A stretch of 64,000 nucleotides of DNA from Sminthopsis crassicaudata (GCF_048593235.1 NC_133617.1:168414937-168478936), one strand, 5' to 3'; shown: positions 14,235-27,268, numbered from the stretch's first letter. Program-made: numbers and translations. The notes: generated by a model from the sequence alone, not told the origin.

Positions 14235-14864
14235 CAGAACTTCTATATAAATATATATAGAAGTTCTATATATCATTTTTGATAGCCCATTTGGTCTCTT
14301 CACTTTCTTCAGACAGGACTTTATTTCATCCATCTCCCGACAGAAGAGAATTAATAATATACTAAAGATCTTAGGAAAAGAGAATCCTTCACCTTTACTA
14401 AACTATCACTTATTTAACTTATCTCACTAGGAGGAAATCTAGTTCATATATCACCTTATATTTGTAAGGGAGTTTTGCCTGGAAGAGAGGTTCTTCACCT
14501 AAAGTTGATAGATTTCAAGGAGTCTATAAAATTGGATAAGAAAAATTACACATTATATTGGGAATTAAAGTTAAAATAATGTTGCCCTGGGACCTAAGTG
14601 GCAAGATAGGCCCAAAGAAGCCCTGCTGACCATGTGAGCTTTTTAGAGCCCAAGGATACTATTCCCATCTCAGACCAGAAGAGTGGAAAGGAGAGCACCC
14701 AGTAATACCCCAGCCAGTACCCACTACGTAACAGGACTCTGGGACACCTGGAGTGGTATGCCCAAAACTCTTTTGTAAAGATCTTTAATAAAATCTTTTT
14801 AAAAAAACAAAACAAAAAATTACACATTTATTTTTGCCAATGCTGGTATTGAACAATTCCTTTC

Positions 14865-14965
14865 ATTTTGAATGCAGAAAATAAACATGGTTCTGAGATG
14901 GGATCCATAGGTTATATCAAGACTACCCAGAGTCCATAAAACCAAAAAAAGGTTCAGAACCCCTG
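14865..14965. mobile_element. hAT-Charlie (MER5-like) terminal fragment
   Basis: Ends in aaaaaaggttcagaacccctg, a MER5-type TIR; the other end was not found. Confidence 0.5.
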
Positions 14966-15215
14966 GTTAAGATCCTTTCTTTGCCCTTGTCATATTCTAC
15001 TCTTTATCTTATTTATCAGTTTATTTTTTATCTCTGTTACATTATAAAATTCTTGAGGGCAGGAACTATGTTGTTTTTCATCTTTATAGTTTTAATACCT
15101 GCATAGTACTTTGCATTTTAGTAGGTGCTTAATGTTTGTTAAGTTAAATTGGACCTAACTTCATCATTCTAAAGTTGAAATTAATTTCTTTCATTTTTCC
15201 CAGATAAAAAATCTG

Positions 15216-15546
15216 NNNNNNNNNNNNNNNNNNNNNNNNNNNNNNNNNNNNNNNNNNNNNNNNNNNNNNNNNNNNNNNNNNNNNNNNNNNNNNNNNNNNN
15301 NNNNNNNNNNNNNNNNNNNNNNNNNNNNNNNNNNNNNNNNNNNNNNNNNNNNNNNNNNNNNNNNNNNNNNNNNNNNNNNNNNNNNNNNNNNNNNNNNNNN
15401 NNNNNNNNNNNNNNNNNNNNNNNNNNNNNNNNNNNNNNNNNNNNNNNNNNNNNNNNNNNNNNNNNNNNNNNNNNNNNNNNNNNNNNNNNNNNNNNNNNNN
15501 NNNNNNNNNNNNNNNNNNNNNNNNNNNNNNNNNNNNNNNNNNNNNN
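15216..15546. other. Assembly gap (331 N)
   Basis: Run of N. Confidence 1.
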
Positions 15547-15620
15547 ACACATCTAGGAAGTGTTAAGTATCTGAGGCCAGAATGAACTCAGGTCCTCCTG
15601 ACTTTAGGGCTGGTTCTCTA
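15547..15620 (-). mobile_element. WSINE1-type SINE fragment abutting the gap
   Basis: acacatctaggaagtgttaagtatctgaggccaga..tgaactcaggtcctcctgact is the reverse complement of the SINE body at 45680; the tail probably lies in the gap. Confidence 0.7.
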
Positions 15621-15887
15621 GAGCATGTCTAATCCATGATGGAAGAATTTATATCTATAGAGAAAAAGTCACTGGGCAAGAAAGGGAATGATTTTCCTAT
15701 CAACCCTAGGTCTTACATATCTTTCTAACATATTCCTACTCCTCCATCACCAAAACAAATATTTTCATCCTTGAGGATAGAACTGGGGAAGGAGAAAGAT
15801 AATGTAGGAATGTGAGATGGATATACCTACTGAATTTCTTACACAGGCTTTGAAACAGCAGAAATAAAAATAGTGAAGAAAGAAGTA

Positions 15888-16110
15888 TGCTTTCTCTTTT
15901 TCCCTCTCTCTTCTTCCCTTTCTCTCCTCCCCTTCCTCTCTCTTTCTTTCTCCTTCCCTCCCTTCCTTCTTCTCCCTCCCTCTTTCTCTCCCTGCTTTCC
16001 TTCCTCTCACTCATTTTTTCTCCCTATCTCTGTCTCTGTCTCTTTGTCTCTGCCTGTCTCTGACTGTCTGTCTCTCTCTCTTCCTCACCCCTCTCCCCCT
16101 TTTCTCCTGT
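15888..16110. repeat. CT-rich polypyrimidine tract
   Basis: About 220 bp of almost only C/T on the + strand, with a ctgtct subrepeat. Confidence 0.9.
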
Positions 16111-17537
16111 TCACCTCAAACAACATTACAAATCCACTATTTTAGGAGTAATCCAAATACTTTTAACTTTTAATCCAAAGTGCTTAAATGATAGAGTTTA
16201 TCCACAGAGGTAGAGTAAAAAAAGATAGTCCACTGCTTGAGAAAACCATGTCAATAATTAAGGGCACCAGGTTTTAGGAAAAACTCAATACTATACCATG
16301 AAAAGTTTTATCTTAAAGGAACAAATGCCAATTTTGACTAGGCCTCCAACAACTTTGCTGACAACCCTAGAAGTCTATTTCTAATATATACACGTAAAGT
16401 TTTTATTGTGTATGAACACTTACTGAGGGAAGACTTAAAGTCCTTCTCAGATAGAATGACTAACAATGCATGTTTAACTTGCTACATATTTTCAGTGTCT
16501 AGGGGGGAAGAGGGCTGGAGCTAACTTGTCAAATCAAATCAATTACATATAATTTTTGTACTGAAAATAACTTCTTTAGATACTGAGTTTTAAATCATCA
16601 GTTTTAAAATTTATATTTGTTCCTAGGACATGGAAGGTCCAAGGAATATTTGGATGTTCTCCTTCATCCTTGCCTCCTCCTCTTCCCCCAACAGGCACCC
16701 AGCTTGTCAGATTTTATTTACCTTGAAAGAACAAACTGGGCAAACATTCAACCACTGTGACCAGCAGCATCCGCTTCCCATTAGCACTTATGTGCCTTCA
16801 AACTCCTGAGAGCTTGTGACCATCATGAAAAGTTAGAGCTAATTTTAAAAAATGTGGTGCTTTGGCAAGAATTCTCTTTCTTCCAATGGGTTAAAACACA
16901 GGCATATACTCTTTAATGTCATTATTGATAAAGACTAAGATGGAGTGGTTGGTATTTTTTTAATCTCTTAAATTTTTAAAAAAAAATTTGGTTTTATTTA
17001 AATGGAACTTTATGGTAGCAGTTTTGAAACCTGTAATAAACTCATTGAAATCAGAAGAAATGGATATCGTATGTCTTCAGAGACTTCTTTTGGTCACTAG
17101 CTTGGAAAATGTTATCCCAAAGGGTTAACTGTGTCCAAACCTTATTTATGTTTGTGTGATTGGGGATGTGAAGGATGCAGCTCTTGTACTCACTCCAGGT
17201 TTGTGGAAGATTAGCTGTTCTAAATAGGAATGGAAGAACAGCCCAGAAAAATTGGGAAAAGAATGCGTAGCATGAACAGTAGGATTTTTTTTTCCTGTGT
17301 GTGGTTGTATAGAGGCGGAAAAGGATGAAATGTGGTTTAAAAATTAAATGCAGACTAACTGCTCTTCTCCTCTGAGGACTACCCAGAAAACATTTAATAC
17401 AGGAGATGCTGCTGACCATTGACCACATTCCTCCCACCATTCAATAAGAATTTTCACAATCTGTAAAATAGGCTAAGACATAATTGTTGTCTCCAAGGCT
17501 ATTTATCTTTTTCAGTTGTTGTAGCTGAATAGTTGTG

Positions 17538-17538
<1 letters not shown>

Positions 17539-17588
<50 letters not shown>
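17539..17588. repeat. (TG)25 microsatellite
   Basis: Perfect dinucleotide run. Confidence 0.98.
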
Positions 17589-17592
<4 letters not shown>

Positions 17593-18006
17593 TATGTGGA
17601 TTTAGAAAAAGGGATTTAGCATATGCAGTATAGTCTAATTATCTTGAATTACTTAAGAAGTCTTTGGAGGATTAAAACAATAACAGCAGGTCATTTAATG
17701 AAAGGATGGATAAATGAATCTGATTCTGAAAAAATGTGTTTATTTTTTTCCCAACCCCACAAATTGCACTTGTGATAAGAAAGTAGTCATTCATCCATTG
17801 ATTCAGAAAATATTTAATGATGTCTTTTATATTCCAAACCAGAAATTGCTAACTTAAATTTTTGAAGCCACCTTTACCTATTTTACATATCCAAGTTGCC
17901 AAATCAATTGTAGACTTTTCTTTTAAAAATAGTAAGTGACATTTAATGGAAATAAGACATGAACTCAGGCATACTGACAATAGGAAAAGTTAGAGATAAA
18001 AATGTC

Positions 18007-19890
18007 TTATTAATTTTATTTTTTAATTTATTATTTTTATTTTTCAAGTAACAATAATTTTTATTAGTTTGTACTTCTCACTCCATCATAATGAGCAAGT
18101 TAAAAAGGGGGGAAAAACAATCCAGTAAAACAAACTCCTATATTATTAGCCATGTTTAAAAGTACATTTTTCCTTATGGGTTTTAAATTCATCACCTCTC
18201 TATATGGGATGAATGTTTTATCTTCATACTTTTGAGTTCATGATTTATCATTTTATTAATTAGAGTTCTAAAGTCTTTCAGAGTTATTTTTGTCTATAAT
18301 ATTCTTATTTGTATAAATTTTTTTAGCTCTTTACATCTCTTTGCATCAGTTCATGAAAGCCTTTCCAGTTTACTTTGGAATTATCCATTTCACAACTTTT
18401 AAATGCCCAACAGTATCCATTACATTTATAAATACTCAATTTTTAAAAGCCATTTTCCAATAGAAAGGTGTCCCCTTTGTCCAATTTGGGGCTGTCATGA
18501 AAGTAGCTGCTATAAATATTTTTATACATATAGATCCTTTTTCATTTTATTTGAATTTTTCATACCATATACTCAGTTAAATTATTAACGGTATAGTTGA
18601 GTCAAAAAATATCCACAATTGGGCAACTTTCTAGGGTTAGTTCCAAATTGATTTTCAAAATGACTGGATCAAATCAGAATTCTAACAACAGGGCACTAAT
18701 AGTGTACCTGTTTTACTACAGACCTAACATTTGTCATATTTCTTTTTTGTTATCTTTGCCAGTTTAATTTGTGTGAAGTAGAATCTTAGAGTTTTAAAGC
18801 CTTAATTTGAATTTCTCTAATTATTAAATCAGAGCAGAGATGTCAAACTAATTGCCTAGCCCAAATGGTAAAATTCAAATGAGGCCAAACCAGGTTAAAA
18901 TACTAATGGGAAATGATTAATATAGTAAGAAAAAATATACAATATAGATAATGTTAATTTATGGTTTTCTAAGTCAATACTACCAGCAAGGATGTTTCTT
19001 TTGGGTCTCATATCACTAGATTAGGTCATTTTAGATTAAGAACATTTTTTCTCATATAATTATTTATAGCTTGGCTTTCTTCCTTTGAAAAATTCTGTTC
19101 ACATTCTTTGACTATCTTTCCATTGAGGTTTTTAGTCTTATGACGGCTTTTAGTCTTATGAATTTTAATGAAGTCCTTACATGTTTTGAAAATGTAGTCT
19201 TTATCAAAGAAATTTGCTACAAGAATTTTTCCCAGTTACTTGTTTCCTTTCTATTTTTATTGCATTATATTGGTTTAAGCAAAACCTTTTCAATTTTATA
19301 TAAGCAAATTTGTCCATTTTATCTTATGTTATCCTCTCTGTCCCTGGTTTAGTCATCAGCTCATTCTTTAGCTATACATCTGAAAGCTAATTTCTTTCTT
19401 AATTCTCTATTTTTTAAAATGATGTGATCTTTTATATATCAAGCATGTGTTCATTTCATGCTTATCTTGATATAAACTATTGGTCTAAACCTAATTTCAC
19501 TTTTCCCAGAAGTTTTTGTAAAATAGTGAGTCCTTGCCCAATCACTTGAATTTTCAGGTTGATCAAACACTGTGTTTGTTTGCTTCTGTATGTTGTGCAC
19601 CTGATCTTTCCTACTTTGTCTTCTCATTGTTAATTTGATAATCTTGTAAAACAAGAGCATGACAATGTTATTTGCTATTTTTGATTGTCTACAAAGTTTG
19701 GGAACACTGCTACATATCTGTACCCACATTTTAACTTGGAGTTTATAGGGTTTTAAAAAGTCACCTACACCTCTAATTAAACAAATGAGTAAATTAAAAC
19801 CAAGATTGGTTGAATAGCTTGTTAAAATCACGCAAGTGTTTTCAAGTAGCAAAGTCAGAATTTCAAATCAAATCTTCAAAGCACAGAGCC
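18007..19890 (-). mobile_element. Old L1 3' region, interrupted by a hAT MITE
   Basis: T-rich tail, L1 3'UTR and reverse ORF2 sequence (ttaatttgaatttctctaat...aacatttttctcata is continuous across the insertion). Confidence 0.7.
18835..19015. mobile_element. hAT (MER45/Tip100-like) MITE fragment inside L1
   Basis: Begins with the TIR-like cagagatgtcaaac; internal tagataatgttaatttatggttttctaagtcaata resembles a common marsupial hAT MITE; second TIR not seen. Confidence 0.5.
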
Positions 19891-19921
19891 ACTATTCTTT
19901 CTATTCTATCATTTATTTCTA

Positions 19922-20050
19922 NNNNNNNNNNNNNNNNNNNNNNNNNNNNNNNNNNNNNNNNNNNNNNNNNNNNNNNNNNNNNNNNNNNNNNNNNNNNNNN
20001 NNNNNNNNNNNNNNNNNNNNNNNNNNNNNNNNNNNNNNNNNNNNNNNNNN
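19922..20050. other. Assembly gap (129 N)
   Basis: Run of N. Confidence 1.
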
Positions 20051-20239
20051 GGGACTTTTTATCTTTTATTTTTGTATTCCTAATATATAATAAATAATTA
20101 ATATAAGCTTGCTGGTTTAATTAAGATTGGAACTAAAGAAAATTGTCTAGAAAAATGCTTACATAAAGAAATGTTTTATAGTGAGTTTGTTCAAACTTTT
20201 GCTAAAATGTTTTGTGTCATGTTACCTGGCATTTGTTTT

Positions 20240-20377
20240 TTGTTTTGTTTTTCTTTTGCAAGATAATCATGGGTAAGTAATTTACATAGGGTCACACAGC
20301 AAGTAAATGTCAAAGATTGGATTTGAATTCAGATCCTCTTGATTACAAGGTTGGTTTTCTATCTACTACATCACCCA
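20240..20377 (-). mobile_element. tRNA-derived marsupial SINE
   Basis: T-rich tail, then gggtcacacagcaagtaaatgtc...ggatttgaattcagatcctcttg. Confidence 0.7.
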
Positions 20378-20514
20378 CCGGTTCTATGTCATTTGTTCTT
20401 AAAAGAAGAGAATTTTCTAAGCTTGATCCCAAAGAAAACTATGAAAAGTTACCTTTCCCAATTACTTTACAAAGATGTAGGGTGAGAATTTTCTCATTAT
20501 TTGCAAAAGCAGCT

Positions 20515-20830
20515 AGGTGCTCAAATACATAGAGCATTATATCTAGAATCAGGAAGCCCTGAATTAAAATCCAACTTCAGGCATGCACTAACTGTGATCC
20601 TATCCTAGTCACTTAAGCTTTATCTGCCTCAGTACAGATTGACTTTACTCATCCACACAGTAAAATGTATTGAAAATACAGTATATACACATTGTACAGT
20701 ATAATCATCTGTATAATAAGAATATTAATTAGCATCTACCTCTTTAAGTTGTAGTGAAGAAAAAAAATGAGATAATGTCTGCAAGGCATTTTGCAAATTT
20801 TAAGTGCTATGTAGATACTAAATATTATTA
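20515..20830 (+). mobile_element. MIR-type SINE with ~75-bp internal insert
   Basis: gctaggtgctc...ctgcctcag[insert]catctgtataataag...gagataatgtctgcaaggcattttgcaaat. Confidence 0.65.
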
Positions 20831-22965
20831 TTTTTTGGTTTTTCTGACTTTTTTCTTTACTTTGAAGACTCTATAGGAGAAGGGAGGGGAAGGATAAAGT
20901 GAAAATCTAGGTGATGTAAAAACAAAATGTATAAATAAAAATCTATTTTCAAAGTAGGAGGGTTAAATTTAAGCTTCTGCAAGTGGCTGCTGATCAGTGG
21001 CAGACCTCAGGCCAATACCAGATTATTGGTAACTAGACTCAAGAAACATCCATAAAACAAACTATATGTTAGATGCAATAAGTACAGTGAATAAGCTAGG
21101 CTACATCTATAATCTTTGCCCTGCCTCCAACTGACTTTGTAGCACTGGCACTAATCTAAACCTTTCAATACCTCATATTTTTCCCTAGTGGAAAACTAAA
21201 GGATAATATTCGAGAAGGAAATCCTGTCAAGTTCATATGCTATTCTCAGTATATAAGAGGCACTTGGAGGAAGGTGTATTCTTCAAGACCGCTAAAGTCT
21301 TTATCTGGGTCAGTGCTAAGTAATGTCTTCATGGCCTGAAAGGGTAATTTTCCCTTCCATAAGGACTAATGTTTTCTAAGACATGATAAAACAGTCTCAG
21401 AGATGGTGAAACTGTTGTGATGGTACAATTGGTCCCTTGATAAAGCAGTAATATAGTGCTTACTACTACTGTAGCAATAATCTCCAGATCTAAGAGGATG
21501 ATTCCTTTTGGTCACTATATCTTAGTCCCATCCCGTTCATAGCTCCCAGGTCCCTTAGATTCCAAGCCCCCCTAAAGTAGGACCCGAGGAACTATGACAC
21601 TCAGGCCTAAATATCCAGTACAAGAGAAAAGAAAAGGATTTGCTTGGTAGTTAGGAGTTGGTGACCTGGTGATATTGGAGGAGAGATTGTGGGAGATATG
21701 GAAAAGCAGTGGGAAAAGTTGGAGTAGAGAAGAAGAACATTTGGAAAGGAAGGGTCAAAGAAGGTTCTTGGACATACATGGAGATGTTGTTGTCATAGCA
21801 ACTAGTTGCCATGTCAGCCTTGCCTTTCCACAAGTATCCATAGTGATGATCCTTATGTTAGGGCAAATTTATTTTTCCCCAGGGAGAAGCTTTCTCAGTG
21901 GGAAGTTTCTGATTTACCAGTTAACAGAACTAAGATGGGGATTAATGGGATATTGTGTGATGGGTATATTCATAGCCCTGCATTAAGGCCTTCATTCATT
22001 GTACTATTATTTTCTGCTGTTTCAGCATAATAAAAGTTTATTAAATTTGAATGTGAACTTCAGGAGCTATAATAAATGAGATTATATACATATATATATA
22101 ATAGTAGATGGTATAATCTGGCTTAATTAATTTAAGACTTCATTATCCTGTGAAATTCACATTGATTCCTTCCTTACAACTTTTTTTTTGGTTGTTGTTA
22201 AAAACTTTCTAAATTCTTGTGTATGGCCAATGCTACTCATTGATAGACTATATAACATATAGGCTATAATTAGTGGCACAATTATGCTTTGAGAAGGAAT
22301 TTATATTAGATGAAAATATTTGGTTTTGAATTTAGATTCATAGCAGGAAGAAATTTTATATAAGAGAATGCCTGTTTAACAAATGCTCATGAAACAGAGG
22401 GGTAGCATTTATATTCAAAGCAATGTATCAGTGTAAAAGCAAAGATAGAAAATATAGCCTTAAGCTAAATTATTTCAAAATTTGTTGGTACTTTTTTCTT
22501 TCCATTCACTATGGCCAAAAAGCTTTAAATGGAATTTATATTGTTGTGGAATTATTAGGTACAAAAGGATTTTAGGAGAGCCCCGGGCTATCATGCAAAC
22601 TGAACAAAATATCATTATTACAGATATTATTCTAGACAATGTGTCTTCTTGTAAAGGTACCAAGGTATGAAATTCCACATGCTCCTTCATGTCTAAAATA
22701 TAAAGAGCTAAGTTTATTAAAAAACATATTTTCTTCTTGAAAACATACTACCTGCCAGTTTGTGTGAATGGGAGTCTGGATGTCAGATGCCATTTAGAAT
22801 TTAATAGGCGTTATAAATACATTAATTTTACTTTCCTTTTTACATTAGACAGAGCACAAATTATACTGGTTGTTGGTAATACTTAAATGAAAGATTCATC
22901 TGTCTCTTCCTCAAGTTTTAATCCCTGTAGCCATTTTAACTTATATATTTGATATTTTATTAAAT

Positions 22966-23187
22966 AGGGACAGTTAGGTGGCAGAGTGGATAGCATGCCA
23001 GGCCTGGGATCAGGAAGACTCATCTTACTAAGATCAAATCTAGCCTCAAACATTAGCTGAATGGCCCTAGTCAAGTCATTTAGTTTCCTCATCTGTAAAA
23101 TGAAATAGAGAAGGAAATGATTACTCCATTATCTTTGCCAAGAAAATCCCAAAGTGTCACAAAGAATAGAATGTGACTGAATAACAA
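22966..23187 (+). mobile_element. Mar1-type CORE-SINE with RTE-derived tail
   Basis: tRNA head agggacagttaggtggcagagtgg, CORE, then gagaaggaaatg...atctttgccaagaaaatccc...gactgaataacaa (BovB-like tail). Confidence 0.8.
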
Positions 23188-24384
23188 GAGATTTTGAGAA
23201 AAGTATGTAAAGAAAATAAATAGTTTGGAAGAGAAAATATCAAAATATGACCCAAGAAATGACTTCTTGAAAATTAGAATATAGCAAACCAAATTCAATG
23301 ATTCAATGAGACAAGAAAAAATATTAGAACAAAGACAAAAGGCTGAAAAAATGAGATGACTATGAAGTATCTACTAGAAAAAACAACTGATCTGGAAAAT
23401 AAGTTAAAGATATAGAATTTTAAAATCATCAAGTTCCTTAAAAATCAAGACCAAACAAAATCTGAATTCTTTATTCCAAGAAATCATAAAAGCAAACTGT
23501 ACAGATTTATTTGAGAAAGGACAAAGATGAAGAATTCACTGGTCACCTCCTGAAAGCAACCTCAAATTAAAAATATTCAATAATGGAATATCCAGAATAT
23601 CCAGTTCCAAGTCAAAAAAAGGAAGGAGTTCAAATACCAATGAAATATGTCAAAATCACTTGTGATTATGCTATAACTACTCTAGGTTTAGGAATATAAT
23701 ATATAAAAAAACAAAAGAAAGGGGCTCAGAAAAATTAACTTATGTAAAATTAATATAATTATATAAATAAAAAATGAATTTTAATAGAATAAACTATTTT
23801 CAAGAATTCCTGATGAAAAGACCAGAGATGGGTAGACTCTTTGAAATACACACAAGAGACAAGAGAAACTTGAACTGGAAAACACATTTGAGCAATTGGA
23901 AATGTCTATATTAAGATCAAATACTCACATTCTAAGTGGGAGAGAAGAAATGAGTGTCTCTTCAGAATGTCACTGTCTTTAAGGGTAACAAAAAAAGTCA
24001 AGGAAGACAAAAATTGGGCTTAGTGGTAATTTCATTTTGATTTATTGACTTTAATAAGTGAAAGAAAAAGAAAGAAGAAAGGAATACATTAGTAAATATA
24101 TGTATTTCTGACTCTCTGCATTTTACCACCAATGATTCACTTGCTGACACATTCTTGAACATCCCTCATATCTAGGGTATTTTCACTGTGGAATATCCTT
24201 CTGCCATGGCAGTCCCCTTCTTCCAGTGATGAGTGACTTTCAGAGCATCCATTTGGGGAAAGGCCCAGTCAGACCATTTTCATTCTGTTTTTATCTGTGC
24301 TTCTAATTCTGTGGACTTTATTACTATACCTCCTTGTAGGTTCTTTTTGCTCTCCCCCACCCTTGCTTCTTAGATCCCTTTTAT

Positions 24385-24516
24385 GTATTGTCTTGCCCCT
24401 TTCTTTAAATGGACTGCTCATTGAGGGCAGGGATTTTGTTTTTGTTTATTTTTGTATCCCTAGTGATTAGCACAGAGCCAGAGCACTTAAGTAAATGCCT
24501 AATAAATGCTTGTTAC
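24385..24516 (+). mobile_element. L2 3' end
   Basis: gagggcagggattttg...tttgtatccctagtgattagcacag...aataaatgcttg. Confidence 0.7.
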
Positions 24517-24894
24517 AGCAACATCATGCAATAATCAACTATGATTAACTTGCATTTTTCAGCAATACAATAATTAAAGATAATTCCAAAAGACTCATGA
24601 TAGAAAATTCTGTCTACATCCAGAGAAAGAACTGATGGAATCTGAGTGCAGATTTTTACTCTATTTTTTCATGTCTTTTTACTTTTGTCCTATTTCTTCT
24701 TTCATATGAATTAATGGAATGATTAATGTGGAAATGTATTTTACATGATTGCACATATGTAAACTATATCAAATTGCTTATTGTCTTGGGGGGAAGGGAA
24801 GAAGGGACAGAGAAAATTTGGAATGCAAAAGTTTTTTTATAAAATGAAAGTTAAAATTTTTCTTTACATGTAATTATTAAAAACTCAATTTAAA
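24517..24894 (+). mobile_element. 5'-truncated L1 3' end with a 16-bp imperfect TSD
   Basis: TSD aataaatgcttgttac (24501-24516) / aataaaagtttgttac (24895-24910); marsupial L1 3'UTR sequence. Confidence 0.75.
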
Positions 24895-27251
24895 AATAAA
24901 AGTTTGTTACTTTACAAATAAATAAGGAAAAAGTGGGAGGAACTTACTAGTTGTGATAATTAGGATTTGCTTAAAAAAAAGTATAGATATATAGAAAAGG
25001 GGATGAGGGAAGTAGACATCTCCTGGTCCTTACCCTTACTATTCAAAGAGTTTGTTGTAGAAAGACTTTAAACTCAATAGGAAAAATATGTGGCTAGGGA
25101 GAGAAAAAAAATAGTTTAAGGGGGAAGTTTGATAGGAAAAGTTATAAGCAAGACAAATATCAACTATGCAAAGCTGTCAAAGGTCAACTAAGGAAAGCAG
25201 AAATTGTAAGGGAAGAAAGTGTAATAACTAGTGATTGGGTTCTAGCTGGAGAAGAAAGAGACCATTTCAATTATAGATTGTACTAGATTAATCCAATTCC
25301 CTTTCTTTCTTTTCTTTCTTTTTCTTCATAAAAAAGTAGTATAGGACAAAAGAGGAACAATTAAAAGATAACATATTGGAGGGAAAATATAGTACAGTAA
25401 TCATAGCTGTAAATGGAGAAGGGAAGAAAAATGTATTTAAAAGCAGAATCCAATAATACATAGCAATGTAATAAAGATTGAAACATAAAGATTCACAAAA
25501 GTTAAAACGAAGGACTGGTACATAATTTATGCCTTAGAAAAATAAGCAAAATTAAGAGCATCAAAGCATGAATTCACTCAATGTAACAGTAAAAAATGAC
25601 ATACATAGGGGGAAATAGAGTTAAGCAAAAAATTTACATTTTGCTTAAAAAACAAATAAAATAATACCAAAACTTCACATATATGAATTAAATGGTAATT
25701 AAATGAAAAATTAATTGAACTACATGGAGAAACAAACATAATCATAATTGTTGGTGACTTCAATGTACACTTTTTAGAACTAGACAAATCTAACAAAAAT
25801 TTAACAAAGAAGTTAATAGAATTATAGAAAAGTTAAGTATGACAGATATCTGGTAAATATTGAATGTGAATCAAGAGCAAATATTCATTTCAGAGATTTG
25901 CATAGCATCTTTAAAAAAACTGATCATTTTCTAAGGCATAGAAATTCAACAAATATAGAAAAGCAGAACTATCAAATATATTCTTTACTGCTCACAACAA
26001 AAATTATAACAAATGAAAGATCTTTGAAGAAGATATTAGAATTTCTAAAATAAATAATACAATTCTAAAAAATTTGTGGACAAAATGCATATCTCTGAGT
26101 ATTTTCATAAACAAAAGAGGAAGAACAGATCAATGAATTGAGCACGTGACTAAAAAAATGATCAAAGCAACATCAGAACACCTCAAGTAAACCCAATAAG
26201 TGAACTGAAAGTTAAGAAGATGAACATTGAAAACAAAATCACGTTGAACTGATAAAATTAATAAATTAAAATGGATAAAATTAATAACATAAACAAACTT
26301 TATTTAGTTTCCTTCAAGCTTATTGGATATAGTATTGACCTTGGAACTTAAAAGATCTGGATTTGAGTGCTACTTCTGACACATATCAGTTGTTTGATCA
26401 TGCAAAAATAATTGCAGCATTCCAGATAACTCTCTAAGTCTATAAATTGCAGTTAGAGTTGCTGATTTGCAGTGGTGTTGGGAATTTTCACATCTATATG
26501 AATGAAATAGATTATAATCTCCTCCTACCCCCAAAAGGCAACAGAATTCCTTTGTAAAAATTTTCTTTTTGTCGCATAGATTTGACAACATTGCAAATCA
26601 AATAACATTTCTTCTGACATGGATATTTCTAATGAATTTACCATTTGAAACACTGATAATCTATAACATAAGTATTGTTCTTGATGCTTACATCAGTATT
26701 AAAACAGATTAATGTTATTATTGGTGGAGAAGGAACAAGAATGGAGAGAGAAGGAGAAAGAGAAAGAAGAAAGAAAAAATGACTCTGCTAAATGTTTTCT
26801 TATTCTTCTACTAAAGATTCAGAAATTAGTAAAATAGGTCATCTAGTCATCCTCATCTCTGGATTCTTGTCAAATCACGCCAATCAAATGATAATATTTT
26901 AAAATCGCAAAAAAAAAAAAAAATGGAGATTCCCTAGCCTTCTTTACTAACCCTTTATAAGTATTCTCCAATAAAAGCATCCCATCTATTGATGTGGATG
27001 TTGAGTCAGGTGGTTCCTGATTGGTATAAATAATGAATGTCATGCAAGTGGTTATACATATTCAAATTCAAATTGTTTGAAGTTATAATTACGAAAAATA
27101 CCACAATTGTTTTTAGCCCAGTGGAAATATGTCTGAAAAGGGTTCATTATTCATACTAATTGGGACTTAGCTGAAAATAAATAGCTGATTTTCTCCAACC
27201 TTCCTCTCCATACTCTTTGTCCAGACAGTAGTCTAGGTGTCTTGGATTAGT

Positions 27252-27268
27252 GACGCCACCTAGTGGTC
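27252..27268 (-). promoter_or_regulatory. Candidate CTCF site
   Basis: Minus strand reads gaCCACTAGGTGGCGTC, close to the consensus CCASYAGRKGGCRS; CpG retained; non-repeat context. Confidence 0.55.

Larger units (their letters stand above)
23190..26290 (+). mobile_element. Old sense-oriented L1 (decayed ORF1, inter-ORF region and ORF2 endonuclease), interrupted at ~24085-24910
   Basis: ORF1-like KTTDLEN / QEIIK / EFTGHLLK remnants at ~23380-23560; endonuclease motif IIVGDFN at ~25743. Confidence 0.75.

Noticed and set aside
15736-16145. R/E/K/G-rich and S/L/P/F-rich ORFs
   Set aside because: Translations of the CT-rich low-complexity tract
14094-20097. ORFs containing long X runs
   Set aside because: Artifacts of translating the N gaps
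20630-20712. TA-CAGAT...ATCTG-TA as a tiny Tigger/mariner MITE
   Set aside because: The right arm is the MIR CORE's own catctgta, so the inverted repeat is probably coincidental
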